From Acidobacteria bacterium 13_1_20CM_2_55_15 (GTDB lineage: Bacteria > Acidobacteriota > Terriglobia > 20CM-2-55-15), in the NCBI GenBank assembly GCA_001920875.1, contig MNKP01000097.1, positions 1-61,896 on the forward strand: DNA of 61,896 nt. Direction: 5' to 3'. The notes beneath the pieces were generated by a model. It saw only the letters and a list, made by a program, of their open reading frames with translations. It did no database searches and was not told where the DNA came from. A program made the translations under genes and the position numbers. Within the stretch, counting starts at the first letter, position 1, and the number at the start of each line of letters is the position of its first letter. Below, one piece after another: positions 8,515 through 17,779 of this stretch.

Positions 8515-9768
8515 ATGCGTCCAGAGGGCAAGTATCTGCGCTCCATGATGCATATATTCTTGTCGTTGCTACTGCTATTATCGCTCTCGTTCAGCGGCAT
8601 CAGCCAGGTTCCAGAGGTTGTCGCCCCTACTTCTCTCTACGTGAATGTGACCGGAGGCAAAGAAATTATGGGGCTCACTCCGGCCCAGGTCCGCCATGCT
8701 TACGGATTGGATGACATTGCCAATCAAGGAGAAGGGCAGACGATTGGAATCGTCATGCCGCTTCATAATCCAACGATTAAAAGCGATGTAGATGTTTTCA
8801 GCGACAGGTTCGGTTTGCCGCGGTGTGCACCCGCGAACTGCGACTGGCTTGAAACACGCTTCTATCCGGAAGGCGTCGTTCCAGTGCCTGATGTTGCCTG
8901 TTCGTCTTCTTGTTTGCAGTTGTTTCAGTTGGAAAGTGCTCTCGATGTAGAGTGGGCACACGCGATCGCCCCCAAAGCGCGAATTGTATTAGTGGAAACC
9001 AGCCGTTTCGTTGCGGATCTGCTGGATGCCGGTGATGTAGCCATTGCCTCTGGAGCAAGTGTGATATCGATAAGTTGGGCCGTTCCGGAGAACGGCCGCT
9101 CCCAGGCAGACAGACTCGCTTTAAATTCAAGGTTCATTAAGCCGCACGTGGCGTTCGTCGCGGCTGCAGGCGACACCGGTAACTATTCGTGTCTGGGCGT
9201 TGCTTCTTTATGCTGGCCCGCAACTTCGTCTTACGTCACAGGAGTTGGTGGTACCACACTGAAACTCAACTCTCAAGGAGACTACATAACTGAAAATGCT
9301 TGGAAGGGCGGGGGAGGGGGCTTTAGCCTCTATGAGGACGTGCCAGATTACCAGAAACCGTTCCACCCTTATACAAAACGCGGAGTGCCGGACGTCTCCT
9401 ATCACGCGAATCCACAAACTGGATTTGCAGTTTACGATTCGAACCCCTATCTGGGCTCGACCGGCTGGCAAGAAGTCGGCGGAACTAGCGCTGGCGCACC
9501 GCAATGGGCGGCCCTGATGACGATCGCCAATTCCATCCGAAAGGCAGTAGCGCCCAGCAAAGCCACTCTGACCGGAAGTAACCCGCATCTCTACTCGATA
9601 GGAACCGGCCCAGCCTATGCCAGCAACTACCGCGACGTCTCTGCGGGGAACAACACCAACGGGCAATGCGGTCCCCTGTGTTCGGCAACCACGGGCTACG
9701 ACTTCGTAACCGGTCTCGGCAGCCCGAACGCGGCGAATCTCATTAACGCATTGTCGAGCCTACCGTAA
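8515..9768 (+). CDS. Secreted S53 (sedolisin/kumamolisin-like) serine peptidase lacking an obvious prodomain
   Basis: LESALDVEWAHAIAP block and the catalytic-Ser block GGTSAGAPQWAAL. Start moved to ATG 8515 (MRPEGKYLRSMMHIFLSLLLLLSLSFSG, signal-peptide-like). ATG 8545 is an alternative. Confidence 0.7.
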   Translation: MRPEGKYLRSMMHIFLSLLLLLSLSFSGISQVPEVVAPTSLYVNVTGGKEIMGLTPAQVRHAYGLDDIANQGEGQTIGIVMPLHNPTIKSDVDVFSDRFGLPRCAPANCDWLETRFYPEGVVPVPDVACSSSCLQLFQLESALDVEWAHAIAPKARIVLVETSRFVADLLDAGDVAIASGASVISISWAVPENGRSQADRLALNSRFIKPHVAFVAAAGDTGNYSCLGVASLCWPATSSYVTGVGGTTLKLNSQGDYITENAWKGGGGGFSLYEDVPDYQKPFHPYTKRGVPDVSYHANPQTGFAVYDSNPYLGSTGWQEVGGTSAGAPQWAALMTIANSIRKAVAPSKATLTGSNPHLYSIGTGPAYASNYRDVSAGNNTNGQCGPLCSATTGYDFVTGLGSPNAANLINALSSLP

Positions 9769-9808
9769 ACTAGACCTCTTCCGAACAACTCTATAGTATG
9801 GAAGGGAA

Positions 9809-12559
9809 ATGCGTCCTCCCGAATACCAGCGTCCTTTTGATGTCCGGTTCGCGAGGCGCTTTTTCGTGCGTTTCGGCGTCGTTGTCATTGCTTTAATCGC
9901 GGCCTTTCAATCAATCTCGTTCTATGTGGAGAGTCTGTGGTTTGCGAGCCTCGGCTTCGAACCGGTGTACTGGTATCGCCTGAAGGCAGAGGCAACTGTA
10001 TTCTTAATATTTGCTGTAGTGTCTGCCTTTGTCCTTTGGTTGCTCTTCCGGCTTGCAATGCCCCCGGGCGGATATTCGCGGCGTCCTTTTCTTCAATTCG
10101 GCCAAGAGGCTATCGTGATTCCAACCGCGGAAACGCTGAAGCGTTTGGCATCACCAGCCGCAGCGGTAATTGGCGTGTTCTTTGGTCTCTCATTCAGTTC
10201 CGATTGGAACACCTACGCGCTTTTCATAAACAGCGTACCTACGCCCTCGATGTCGGATCCGATCTTTGGCCGTCCGATATCCTTTTATCTATTCACTCTT
10301 CCAGTTCTGGAATCAGTGGCGGATTGGTTTCTTGCCATCAGTGTGATTGGCATCCTTGCCGCCATATTGCTGTCGGTCACGGATATGAGCGCCCGCTTTA
10401 AGGGTGTATCAATAGCTCTCGGCATCTTGCTGGCGGCGATTGCGCTCCAAACCTACATTAGCCGGTTTTCGCTGCTTTTCGAGGAAGACAGTTTGTTTTC
10501 GGGCGTCCGGTACGTCGACGCCAACATCGTGATTCCCGGGTTGTGGTTCGTCACCGCGGCGCTACTGCTCGGGGCCGCCATCGCGCTGGGCAATTCACGC
10601 GCCGGGCGGATTCGTAATTTGGGTGTGGCCATTGCGGTGCCTGCATTGACATATCTTGTGGCAGGCGGCCTTGCGCCATTTTACGTAAGGACCTTCGTCG
10701 TGCGTCCGAATGAACTCGTCCGGGAGCGGCCGTACATAAAAAACAATATTGAATTCACACGTAAAGCTTTTGCACTTGATCGTATCGAAGAGATCCCATT
10801 CGAACCTCGATTGACGAATGCGGTCTTTGATCCCGCCGCACATCCCGAAACCCTTGACAACCTCCGCCTGTGGGATTGGCACGCGCTGAAGGCGACATTG
10901 CAGCAGATACAAGAGATCCGAACCTATTACGATTTTCCCGACATTGACGTCGATCGATACCTCGTCGCCAACAAGCAGCAGGCCGTGATGCTCGCGGCAC
11001 GCGAGTTAAGCCTGACCAAGCTACCGTCCGGGTCTCAAAATTGGGTGAACGAGAGGCTAATTTATACACATGGCTACGGCGTGACTATGAATCCGGTAAG
11101 CCGTTTTACCAGGGAGGGGCTGCCGGAGTTCATTTTGTCGAACATGCCCGTCGAAAGTACCCAGCCCGATATTCGCGTCACCCGCCCTGAAATCTATTTT
11201 GGCGAACTTACGGATTGGCCTGTCTATGTGAAGACTCGCCAGAAGGAATTCAATTATCCGGAAGGCGATGCCAACAACTACTCCGTTTACGAAGGTACGG
11301 GTGGAATCCGCATGGGGTCGCTGTTCCGTCGCTTATTGATCGCGTGGACCATCGGCGACATCGCCAAGGTTCCGTTCGCCGACGATATCACCCCAGAAAG
11401 TGTCCTTCTGATGCGCCGCAACATTCGGCAGCGAGTCTCGGAGCTGGCACCTTTCCTACTGCTCGACCAAGACCCTTATCTCGTAATCGGGGCAGACGGA
11501 AGGCTCTATTGGATTATGGATGGTTTTACGACTTCCACGCGCTATCCCTACGCACGACACTTGAATATCGGAAGCCGTTCCCTGAACTACATTCGCAATA
11601 GCATTAAAACGGTAATTGACGCTTACGATGGTTCGGTCCACTTCTATGTATTCGATGAAAGCGACCCGTTGATCCAGTCTTATCGAAAAATGTTTCCGGT
11701 TCTTTTTGCGAATGCCAGCGACATGCCGGATTTTCTTCGAAGACATGTGCGATATCCGGAACTGCTGTTTCGTGCTCAGGCTGCCATTTACTCGACTTAC
11801 CACGTCGAAAACGAACAGGTCTTCTATAACAGAGAAGACGTCTGGACCATTGCGCAACAGGGGCGGGGACAACAAGGACAGGGCACTGCCGACACTATCG
11901 AACCATTCTTTGTGCTCATGCGTTTTCCAGGCGAAAGGGAGCAGGAATTTGTCTCGATCCTTCCATTCACGCCCGCGAATCGGAACAATTTAATAGGGTG
12001 GATGGCCGGCCGGAGCGACGGCGACAAATATGGAACTCTGCGAACTTACCGTTTTCCCAAAACGCGATTCGTCGATGGGCCTTTGCAGGTTCAAGCCCGA
12101 ATCGATCAGGATCCGCAGCTCTCGTCGCAGCTGACTCTCTGGAACCAACAGGGCTCGACTGTCATTCGCGGCAACTTGCTCGTTATCCCGCTCGAAGACA
12201 CATTGTTGTTCGCCGAACCGATCTATTTGCAGGCTGAGCGAAGCCCGATGCCAGAGCTTCGTCTCGTCGTCCTCGCCACACAGGACCGTTTGGCGTACGC
12301 CACACGGTTTCCTGATGCGATGGCGCAGTTGCTGGAAGCCCGTACCGGCCCGGCTCCTGCACCCGCCCCTCCGACCGTCGCTGAAGCGCTCTCGCCACCG
12401 CGATCGACCGACTTACGATCGCTCATCGATCGCGCCAATCAGGCTCTGAACGAGTACCGCCGTCTGACTTCCGAGGGAAAGCTGGGCGAAGCCGGCGCAA
12501 AGTTGGAAGATCTGAAAAACATTTTGCAAGAACTAAATCGGTCGACTTCCTTAAAGTAA
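9809..12559 (+). CDS. UPF0182 family large membrane protein
   Basis: 916 aa. Several N-terminal TM-like segments are followed by a large soluble region with IYTHGYGV, EFNYPEGDANNYSVYEGTGG and LIGWMAG blocks, remembered from UPF0182 (COG1615). Confidence 0.7.
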   Translation: MRPPEYQRPFDVRFARRFFVRFGVVVIALIAAFQSISFYVESLWFASLGFEPVYWYRLKAEATVFLIFAVVSAFVLWLLFRLAMPPGGYSRRPFLQFGQEAIVIPTAETLKRLASPAAAVIGVFFGLSFSSDWNTYALFINSVPTPSMSDPIFGRPISFYLFTLPVLESVADWFLAISVIGILAAILLSVTDMSARFKGVSIALGILLAAIALQTYISRFSLLFEEDSLFSGVRYVDANIVIPGLWFVTAALLLGAAIALGNSRAGRIRNLGVAIAVPALTYLVAGGLAPFYVRTFVVRPNELVRERPYIKNNIEFTRKAFALDRIEEIPFEPRLTNAVFDPAAHPETLDNLRLWDWHALKATLQQIQEIRTYYDFPDIDVDRYLVANKQQAVMLAARELSLTKLPSGSQNWVNERLIYTHGYGVTMNPVSRFTREGLPEFILSNMPVESTQPDIRVTRPEIYFGELTDWPVYVKTRQKEFNYPEGDANNYSVYEGTGGIRMGSLFRRLLIAWTIGDIAKVPFADDITPESVLLMRRNIRQRVSELAPFLLLDQDPYLVIGADGRLYWIMDGFTTSTRYPYARHLNIGSRSLNYIRNSIKTVIDAYDGSVHFYVFDESDPLIQSYRKMFPVLFANASDMPDFLRRHVRYPELLFRAQAAIYSTYHVENEQVFYNREDVWTIAQQGRGQQGQGTADTIEPFFVLMRFPGEREQEFVSILPFTPANRNNLIGWMAGRSDGDKYGTLRTYRFPKTRFVDGPLQVQARIDQDPQLSSQLTLWNQQGSTVIRGNLLVIPLEDTLLFAEPIYLQAERSPMPELRLVVLATQDRLAYATRFPDAMAQLLEARTGPAPAPAPPTVAEALSPPRSTDLRSLIDRANQALNEYRRLTSEGKLGEAGAKLEDLKNILQELNRSTSLK

Positions 12560-12625
12560 TTCCTTCAAAATTCCGTTCTGCATTTGGTTAACTGCACGTC
12601 GATTCGACATCATCCGTACCCCGGA

Positions 12626-13327
12626 CTAAAAGCCGTTCGCAAATTCCAAAGCGATAAGCGGCGCGTTCGGATTATCTTCGTGCTTAATGTAAGCGAAAAC
12701 ATCAGTGCCCATATCGGCCCAATGCTGCATCCGTGTCTGCCACTCTCGGCGAAGCGGACCGCTGTATTCCGTCCTCCGGAGGCGGACATACGCAAATGGC
12801 GCCGTTAGTTCGAGTGGCGTTGTGTGCTCGTCCGCGTCATGGATACAAAGGGCCAGATGGTATTTCTCCAGAAGCCGGTAAACATCGCTTGTGAACCATG
12901 ACGGATGTCGAAATTCAAATGCTGCCGAAATTCCACGGGGAAGCACCGAAATGAATGTCTCCAGCTTCTGAAGATCACACTTGAAGAATGGTGGGAGCTG
13001 ATACAAGACCGCGCCTAACCGGTTCTCAAGCCCGGGAACAACAGACAAAAAATAGTCCAGTGCGTCGGAAGGCACAGTTAGCCGTTCGCGATGTGTGATT
13101 TGCTGAGATACCTTAAGGGTAAACTTGAAGTTTTCAGGCGTCGCGGCTTTCCACGCTTCGATGGTTTTTGCGTTGGGCATCCTGTAGAACGTATAGTCGA
13201 TTTCAACACTGTTCAGCCGACTGGAGTAGTACCGGAGAAACTGCTTTTCGGGAAGATCTGGCGGGTAAAATATAGGCTTCCATTCTTTATAACTGAAACC
13301 CGACGTGCCGAACCAAATCCGCGCCAT
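12626..13327 (-). CDS. DUF72 (YecE/UPF0759) family protein
   Basis: IWFGTSGFSYKEWKPIFYPPDL and VEIDYTFYRMP are the typical DUF72 opening. Confidence 0.8.
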   Translation of the reverse strand: MARIWFGTSGFSYKEWKPIFYPPDLPEKQFLRYYSSRLNSVEIDYTFYRMPNAKTIEAWKAATPENFKFTLKVSQQITHRERLTVPSDALDYFLSVVPGLENRLGAVLYQLPPFFKCDLQKLETFISVLPRGISAAFEFRHPSWFTSDVYRLLEKYHLALCIHDADEHTTPLELTAPFAYVRLRRTEYSGPLRREWQTRMQHWADMGTDVFAYIKHEDNPNAPLIALEFANGF

Positions 13328-13566
13328 TCCGGCATTATCGCTCAGCAGAGTTTCCCAACCTTGTAATTATTGAACCCGCAGGCATACGCACGAACTATCG
13401 GTTTTTTGCGTTTCTTTGTGCCGTTTTCAACATAGCCATAATAAAGTGAAATCAGTGTAACCTATTATAACAATTTGGCTTAGATATCTCATTTCGACCT
13501 GTCCCAGCATTTTCCACAAGGTTTTCCACATTTTTTGCTGGGTAGCGCCGAAAGTCGTCTTGGTTT

Positions 13567-13584
13567 ACATAATGTGCATTATGT
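13567..13584. promoter_or_regulatory. Candidate operator: perfect inverted repeat ACATAATG-tg-CATTATGT in an AT-rich divergent intergenic region
   Basis: Read directly. Lies ~150 nt upstream of moaA, in the 410-bp AT-rich gap between the DUF72 gene and moaA. A direct repeat TTTTCCACA x2 lies at ~13511-13530. Confidence 0.25.
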
Positions 13585-13737
13585 GACGCTGCTTTGGAAG
13601 AACTGCAACTTGAAACGCCGGCGCCGGCAGACTGAGCAAAACTTGGGAGGCGCCGCTGAAGGGATCAAGGGATTATTGCGGCGGCTGAATACTTGGCAAG
13701 AATGTCTGGTCCGTCTCGGATCAGCTATAATGCTCGC

Positions 13738-14751
13738 ATGGCCGCTTTTGATGTCCTGCAGCGTCCAATGCATGATCTGAGAATTTCGGTGACGGACCGG
13801 TGCAATTTCCGCTGCACATATTGCATGCCCTTTGACGAGTACACCTGGATCGGGCGGCAAGAAGTATTGTCTTTCGAAGAGATTGAGCGCCTGGCTCGAA
13901 TCTTTGTCGGATTTGGAATTCAAAAAATTCGCCTGACCGGCGGCGAACCGCTTGTGCGCAAGGGCCTGCCCGGGCTGGTCAAGCGGCTGGCGAAACTTGA
14001 TGGACTCGGGGACCTCTCGCTGACAACAAATGGAGCGTTTCTTTCCGAACAGGCCGAGGCACTGTATTCCGCCGGTCTCCGGCGCATCAACGTGAGCATC
14101 GATACCCTCAAGCCGGAACGGTTCCGGGCTTTGACCAAACGGGGCAATCTGGACGAGGTTCTTTCTGGATTGTTTGCTGCGAAGAAGACGGGAATGTCCC
14201 CCATCAAGATCAACGCCGTGGTGATCCGAGACACGAACGACGACGAAATATTGGATTTGGTTCAATTTGCCCGAGCAAACGGATTTGAGATGCGGTTCAT
14301 CGAATATATGGATGTCGGAAACTCCAACGCTTGGAGTCTGGAAAAGACAGTTACAAAGAAGGAAATACTCGACACGGTCAACTCACGCTTCCCCGTCCGG
14401 GAAATCGGCCACGCCAATGGCAGCGCGCCCGCCGTGGACTATGAGTTTCTCGATGGTGCCGGCGAGATCGGGATTATCGGGTCGGTGACCGAGCCATTTT
14501 GCTCAACGTGCACCCGAGTTCGTCTGACTGCGGACGGAAAGCTCGTGACTTGCCTGTTCGCCGAATCCGGATTTGATCTCAAAAGGCTGCTTCGTTCGGG
14601 CGCTTCCGACGAGGAGATCGCGCAGCAGATCTCGGGAATCTGGGGCGGGCGTGTCGATCGCTATTCCGACCTCCGGTGGGAACAAGTGCGAGGCGGTGAT
14701 TATCAGCCGCGTGTCCACAAAAAGATCGAGATGATCACGCTCGGCGGCTGA
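13738..14751 (+). CDS. moaA: GTP 3',8-cyclase MoaA (radical SAM, molybdenum cofactor biosynthesis)
   Basis: LRISVTDRCNFRCTYCMP radical-SAM cluster motif, LTGGEPL and the C-terminal CSTCTRVRLTADGKLVTCLF second-cluster motif. ATG 13738 gives the normal distance to the CxxxCxxC motif. Confidence 0.9.
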   Translation: MAAFDVLQRPMHDLRISVTDRCNFRCTYCMPFDEYTWIGRQEVLSFEEIERLARIFVGFGIQKIRLTGGEPLVRKGLPGLVKRLAKLDGLGDLSLTTNGAFLSEQAEALYSAGLRRINVSIDTLKPERFRALTKRGNLDEVLSGLFAAKKTGMSPIKINAVVIRDTNDDEILDLVQFARANGFEMRFIEYMDVGNSNAWSLEKTVTKKEILDTVNSRFPVREIGHANGSAPAVDYEFLDGAGEIGIIGSVTEPFCSTCTRVRLTADGKLVTCLFAESGFDLKRLLRSGASDEEIAQQISGIWGGRVDRYSDLRWEQVRGGDYQPRVHKKIEMITLGG

Positions 14752-16567
14752 CTCCGGGAATTTCGATTTCGGGCCTCTCCTTCAAAAATGCCTGACCTTT
14801 GGACGTAACGTAGATTGAGGGTCTGAAGCCCGTTTCCTGCCCGATATAGTTCTCCGCGATAAGATGGTCGATCATTCCGGTCACGGATGTGAACGAGTAG
14901 CGGGAAAGGAGACCAAACGTGGAGAGCGACCGATAGTTCTGAATCGAGGCATCCGAGGATCCCGCCAGTATCTTAGCGACCTTTTCCCTGCCGAGCTTTT
15001 GTTGTACACGCAGAACGCACGATAAAATCTTCAATGCGACAATGGTTGCCGATTCCGAGGAAGCCGCGCCTGGTTTTGGTTTGACTGCCGGTGCTGCGGC
15101 GGGCACTTCCACCCTGGCGCCTCTCGGAAATTTTTGGGGTTCGCAACGGCTGCAATTGCCGCAGTCGCGATTGCGATTCCATTCGCCGAAATAGCCGAGA
15201 ATGAAACTCCGGTAGCAATGTTTTTTGAAGCGGCTGGCGTATTTGAGCATAACCCCGAATTTTTTATATTCGAACTGCCGCCGTGCTTCGAGTTCTTGGA
15301 AGTTGATACCCTCAAGCGAGGGATCTTCGCGTTTTAGAATGCGAACGCCACGGCCTTGCTGGTTTTGGATTTTCTCGAGGTAACCAAATCGTGAAAGTAG
15401 AGCGACAGAGGCGTGGAATCGGTGATCTTTGGTAGCGGAGATCCGACGCCATGACTCACCCACAATTTCGCGCGACCCGGCCCGGCAGAGCTTGGCGAAC
15501 ACATATTTGAGAATGTCGGCAGGCGGATGACTCGAATCGATAAAGAATTCGGGAATCCACTTGTCCGCGTAATTGAAAAGTAACAGGCACCGGGCGGGAT
15601 TCCCATCCCGGCCTGCCCGTCCGATTTCTTGGTAATAGGCCTCGACGGAATCGGGGATGTCGGCGTGCACGACAAAGCGGACTTGACTGTGATCGATGCC
15701 CATGCCGAAAGCGTTGGTGGCTACAATGACGCACTCCGAGGCGTGCATGAAACGCTCCTGGATGGCTTTCCGATCGGTTAGTGCAAGGCCGGCATGATAG
15801 GCTGCGGCCTCGATACCGGCTCGCCGCAAATTGGCATAAATCTCTTCAACGTTCTTGCGGGTTCCTGCATAAACGATGCCGAGAGGCGCCCAGCGGGTCA
15901 ATTCCATAATGGCCCGAATTTTTTCATGGTTGGTTGCGACCTCCCGTACTTCAAGGTAAAGGTTTGGGCGATCGAATCCGCTGACGATCTGAGTCGCGTG
16001 TGCCACTTCGAGCTGCGTCAGGATATCGCGACGGACCGTAGGTGTGGCGGTGGCAGTGAGCGCCAGAACAGGCGGGGATTTCAATTGCGGGATGACGTGA
16101 CGCAGACGCAGATAGTCGGGACGGAAGTCGTGGCCCCAAAGCGAGATGCAGTGCGCCTCATCAACCGCAAATAAGCTCACTCGAGATTGCTCCAGCCGGG
16201 CGCGGAATTCATCGTTTTGAAACCGCTCCGGCGCTACGAACAGCAGTTTGATCCGGCCCGCGATTGCCTGTTCGAGCCTGCTTCTCTGCTGTTCCCTGGA
16301 AACAGTGCTGTTGATGACCGTCGCTGGCAGACCTAAACGGCTTAATTGATCCACCTGGTCCTTCATCAGGGCGATCAAAGGAGACACGACGAGCGTTAGA
16401 CCTGGAAGTGCGAGCGCGGGCAATTGGTAGCATAGCGATTTTCCGCTTCCAGTGGGCATCACGGCGAGGACGTTTTCTCCCGCGATGACTTTGTCGATCA
16501 CCTGCTTTTGCGCTGGGCGGAATACCTCGAAACCAAACCGTTCCCGGAGCAGAAGAGAAAGATCCAT
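14735..16567 (-). CDS. recQ: ATP-dependent DNA helicase RecQ
   Basis: MPTGSGKSLCYQLPA (motif I), DEAHCISLWGHDFRPDY (DEAH), a zinc-finger-like CGNCSRC and a C-terminal HRDC-like region. The 3' end overlaps moaA convergently by 17 nt. Confidence 0.9.
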   Translation of the reverse strand: MDLSLLLRERFGFEVFRPAQKQVIDKVIAGENVLAVMPTGSGKSLCYQLPALALPGLTLVVSPLIALMKDQVDQLSRLGLPATVINSTVSREQQRSRLEQAIAGRIKLLFVAPERFQNDEFRARLEQSRVSLFAVDEAHCISLWGHDFRPDYLRLRHVIPQLKSPPVLALTATATPTVRRDILTQLEVAHATQIVSGFDRPNLYLEVREVATNHEKIRAIMELTRWAPLGIVYAGTRKNVEEIYANLRRAGIEAAAYHAGLALTDRKAIQERFMHASECVIVATNAFGMGIDHSQVRFVVHADIPDSVEAYYQEIGRAGRDGNPARCLLLFNYADKWIPEFFIDSSHPPADILKYVFAKLCRAGSREIVGESWRRISATKDHRFHASVALLSRFGYLEKIQNQQGRGVRILKREDPSLEGINFQELEARRQFEYKKFGVMLKYASRFKKHCYRSFILGYFGEWNRNRDCGNCSRCEPQKFPRGARVEVPAAAPAVKPKPGAASSESATIVALKILSCVLRVQQKLGREKVAKILAGSSDASIQNYRSLSTFGLLSRYSFTSVTGMIDHLIAENYIGQETGFRPSIYVTSKGQAFLKERPEIEIPGVSRRA

Positions 16568-16586
16568 GGAATTTTGGGCTGGAACA

Positions 16587-17222
16587 CTAGTATTCGCTTC
16601 CGGATCCCGCCGCAGCGGCAGCAGCGCGTGACGGCTGTTGTTCGCTCATTCGGCGCATCGCTTCAGCCATTTCCGCTTCAGTCGGTTCGGCTTTGTGGGT
16701 AGCGATCATCCACCTGTGTCCTTCGGGATCGCTAAGCTGCCCGACCCGATCGCCCCAAAACATATCGGTAACAGGCATCATCACTTTTGCGCCTGCGGTG
16801 ACGGCGCGATTGAAGACGCTATCAACATCCTCGACGAGCAGATATAACGTGGCGGGCGTGTTTCCGATACTGTTGGCGCTCAGATTGTTCCTTTCGCGAG
16901 ATTCGGGACTCAGCATAAGCGTGCTCTCACGAAGCCGCAGCTCCGCGTGAACCGCTCCTTGAGGCGTATCCATGATCGTTCGCAGCCTAAATCCGAAAGC
17001 GTTCGCGTAAAATTCTGCCGCTCGGCGGATATCACGAACATTCAGTCCCGGAGTCAAGGCGCCATACTGCTTGCGATTCAGCGGATCAATTTTCGCAGTT
17101 GCCATTGTGCGCGCAGCACTCCGCACTGGCTTTGCCGCCTTTTTCTTCGCGGCTTTTGGCTGACTGGAGACTCGGGCGGATTTCTTGTTTACTTTTGATT
17201 TTCTCTTTGCTGCTTTTGCCAT
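16587..17222 (-). CDS. VOC/glyoxalase-family (PhnB-like) protein with Lys/Ala-rich N-terminal tail
   Basis: Residues 1-45 are KAAKRKSKVNKKSA...KAAKKKAAKP. The core has LNVRDIRRAAEFYANAFGF and PVTDMFWGDRVGQLSDPEGHRWMIA, typical of VOC/PhnB-like proteins. Confidence 0.7.
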   Translation of the reverse strand: MAKAAKRKSKVNKKSARVSSQPKAAKKKAAKPVRSAARTMATAKIDPLNRKQYGALTPGLNVRDIRRAAEFYANAFGFRLRTIMDTPQGAVHAELRLRESTLMLSPESRERNNLSANSIGNTPATLYLLVEDVDSVFNRAVTAGAKVMMPVTDMFWGDRVGQLSDPEGHRWMIATHKAEPTEAEMAEAMRRMSEQQPSRAAAAAAGSGSEY

Positions 17223-17309
17223 GTGAAGCTCCTTTAGCGCATTGTCGGCTGTACTTTAGCGCACTAGCGCTGATTGCGCACCCGGATTCTTTAGCGTAAG
17301 GTCATAACG

Positions 17310-17777
17310 GTGAAGCGAAGGTTCATAGGTGCGGCGATACTTTCAATCGCGGTAGCCTGCGGGCGTCTTCAGCCCTTGACAGCGGAAGTTTTGACCCAGG
17401 CCGAAAACAAATGGAGAACTCACGGGCCGGAATCTTATCGGATCGTGATTGAAATGTCCGGCAACCGGGTCCAGAACGGCCGATTTGAAGTAACCGTTCG
17501 AGATGGACTGGTCATCGAACTGAAACGTAATGGACTTGTCATTCCTCCCACTGCCGGTCAGGACTATTCCATGGCCGGTCTGTTTCATATGCTCGAACAA
17601 GAAATTGGCCTGGCGGAAAGGCCTGCAACGTTGGGTGCCCCCGAGGGCTATTCGGTCTATTTGAACGCACGTTTCGATGAAATGACCGGGAGACTCATTC
17701 GCTATCGGAGGGTCGTCGGCGGCACATCCAATTCCATCGAAGTGAATGTGGTGGAATTTAAGACGAATGACAACTGA
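17310..17777 (+). CDS. Hypothetical lipoprotein
   Basis: GTG start. MKRRFIGAAILSIAVAC has a lipobox-like AVAC. No family recognised. Confidence 0.5.
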   Translation: MKRRFIGAAILSIAVACGRLQPLTAEVLTQAENKWRTHGPESYRIVIEMSGNRVQNGRFEVTVRDGLVIELKRNGLVIPPTAGQDYSMAGLFHMLEQEIGLAERPATLGAPEGYSVYLNARFDEMTGRLIRYRRVVGGTSNSIEVNVVEFKTNDN

Positions 17778-17779
17778 GC

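Noticed and set aside
13600-13737. Moco riboswitch upstream of moaA.
   Set aside because: The position is right. However, I could not match the sequence to the conserved Moco RNA motif elements from memory. Only a generic GC hairpin is visible. A cmsearch is needed before any call.
13579-14265. Long antisense ORFs overlapping confident genes. Examples: 13579-14265, 33885-34451, 47453-48121, 55665-56348, 58410-58898, 59376-60314 and 60154-60843.
   Set aside because: They are Arg/Pro/Gly-rich shadow frames typical of GC-rich DNA. Each lies opposite a gene with clear family motifs, and none shows recognisable motifs of its own.
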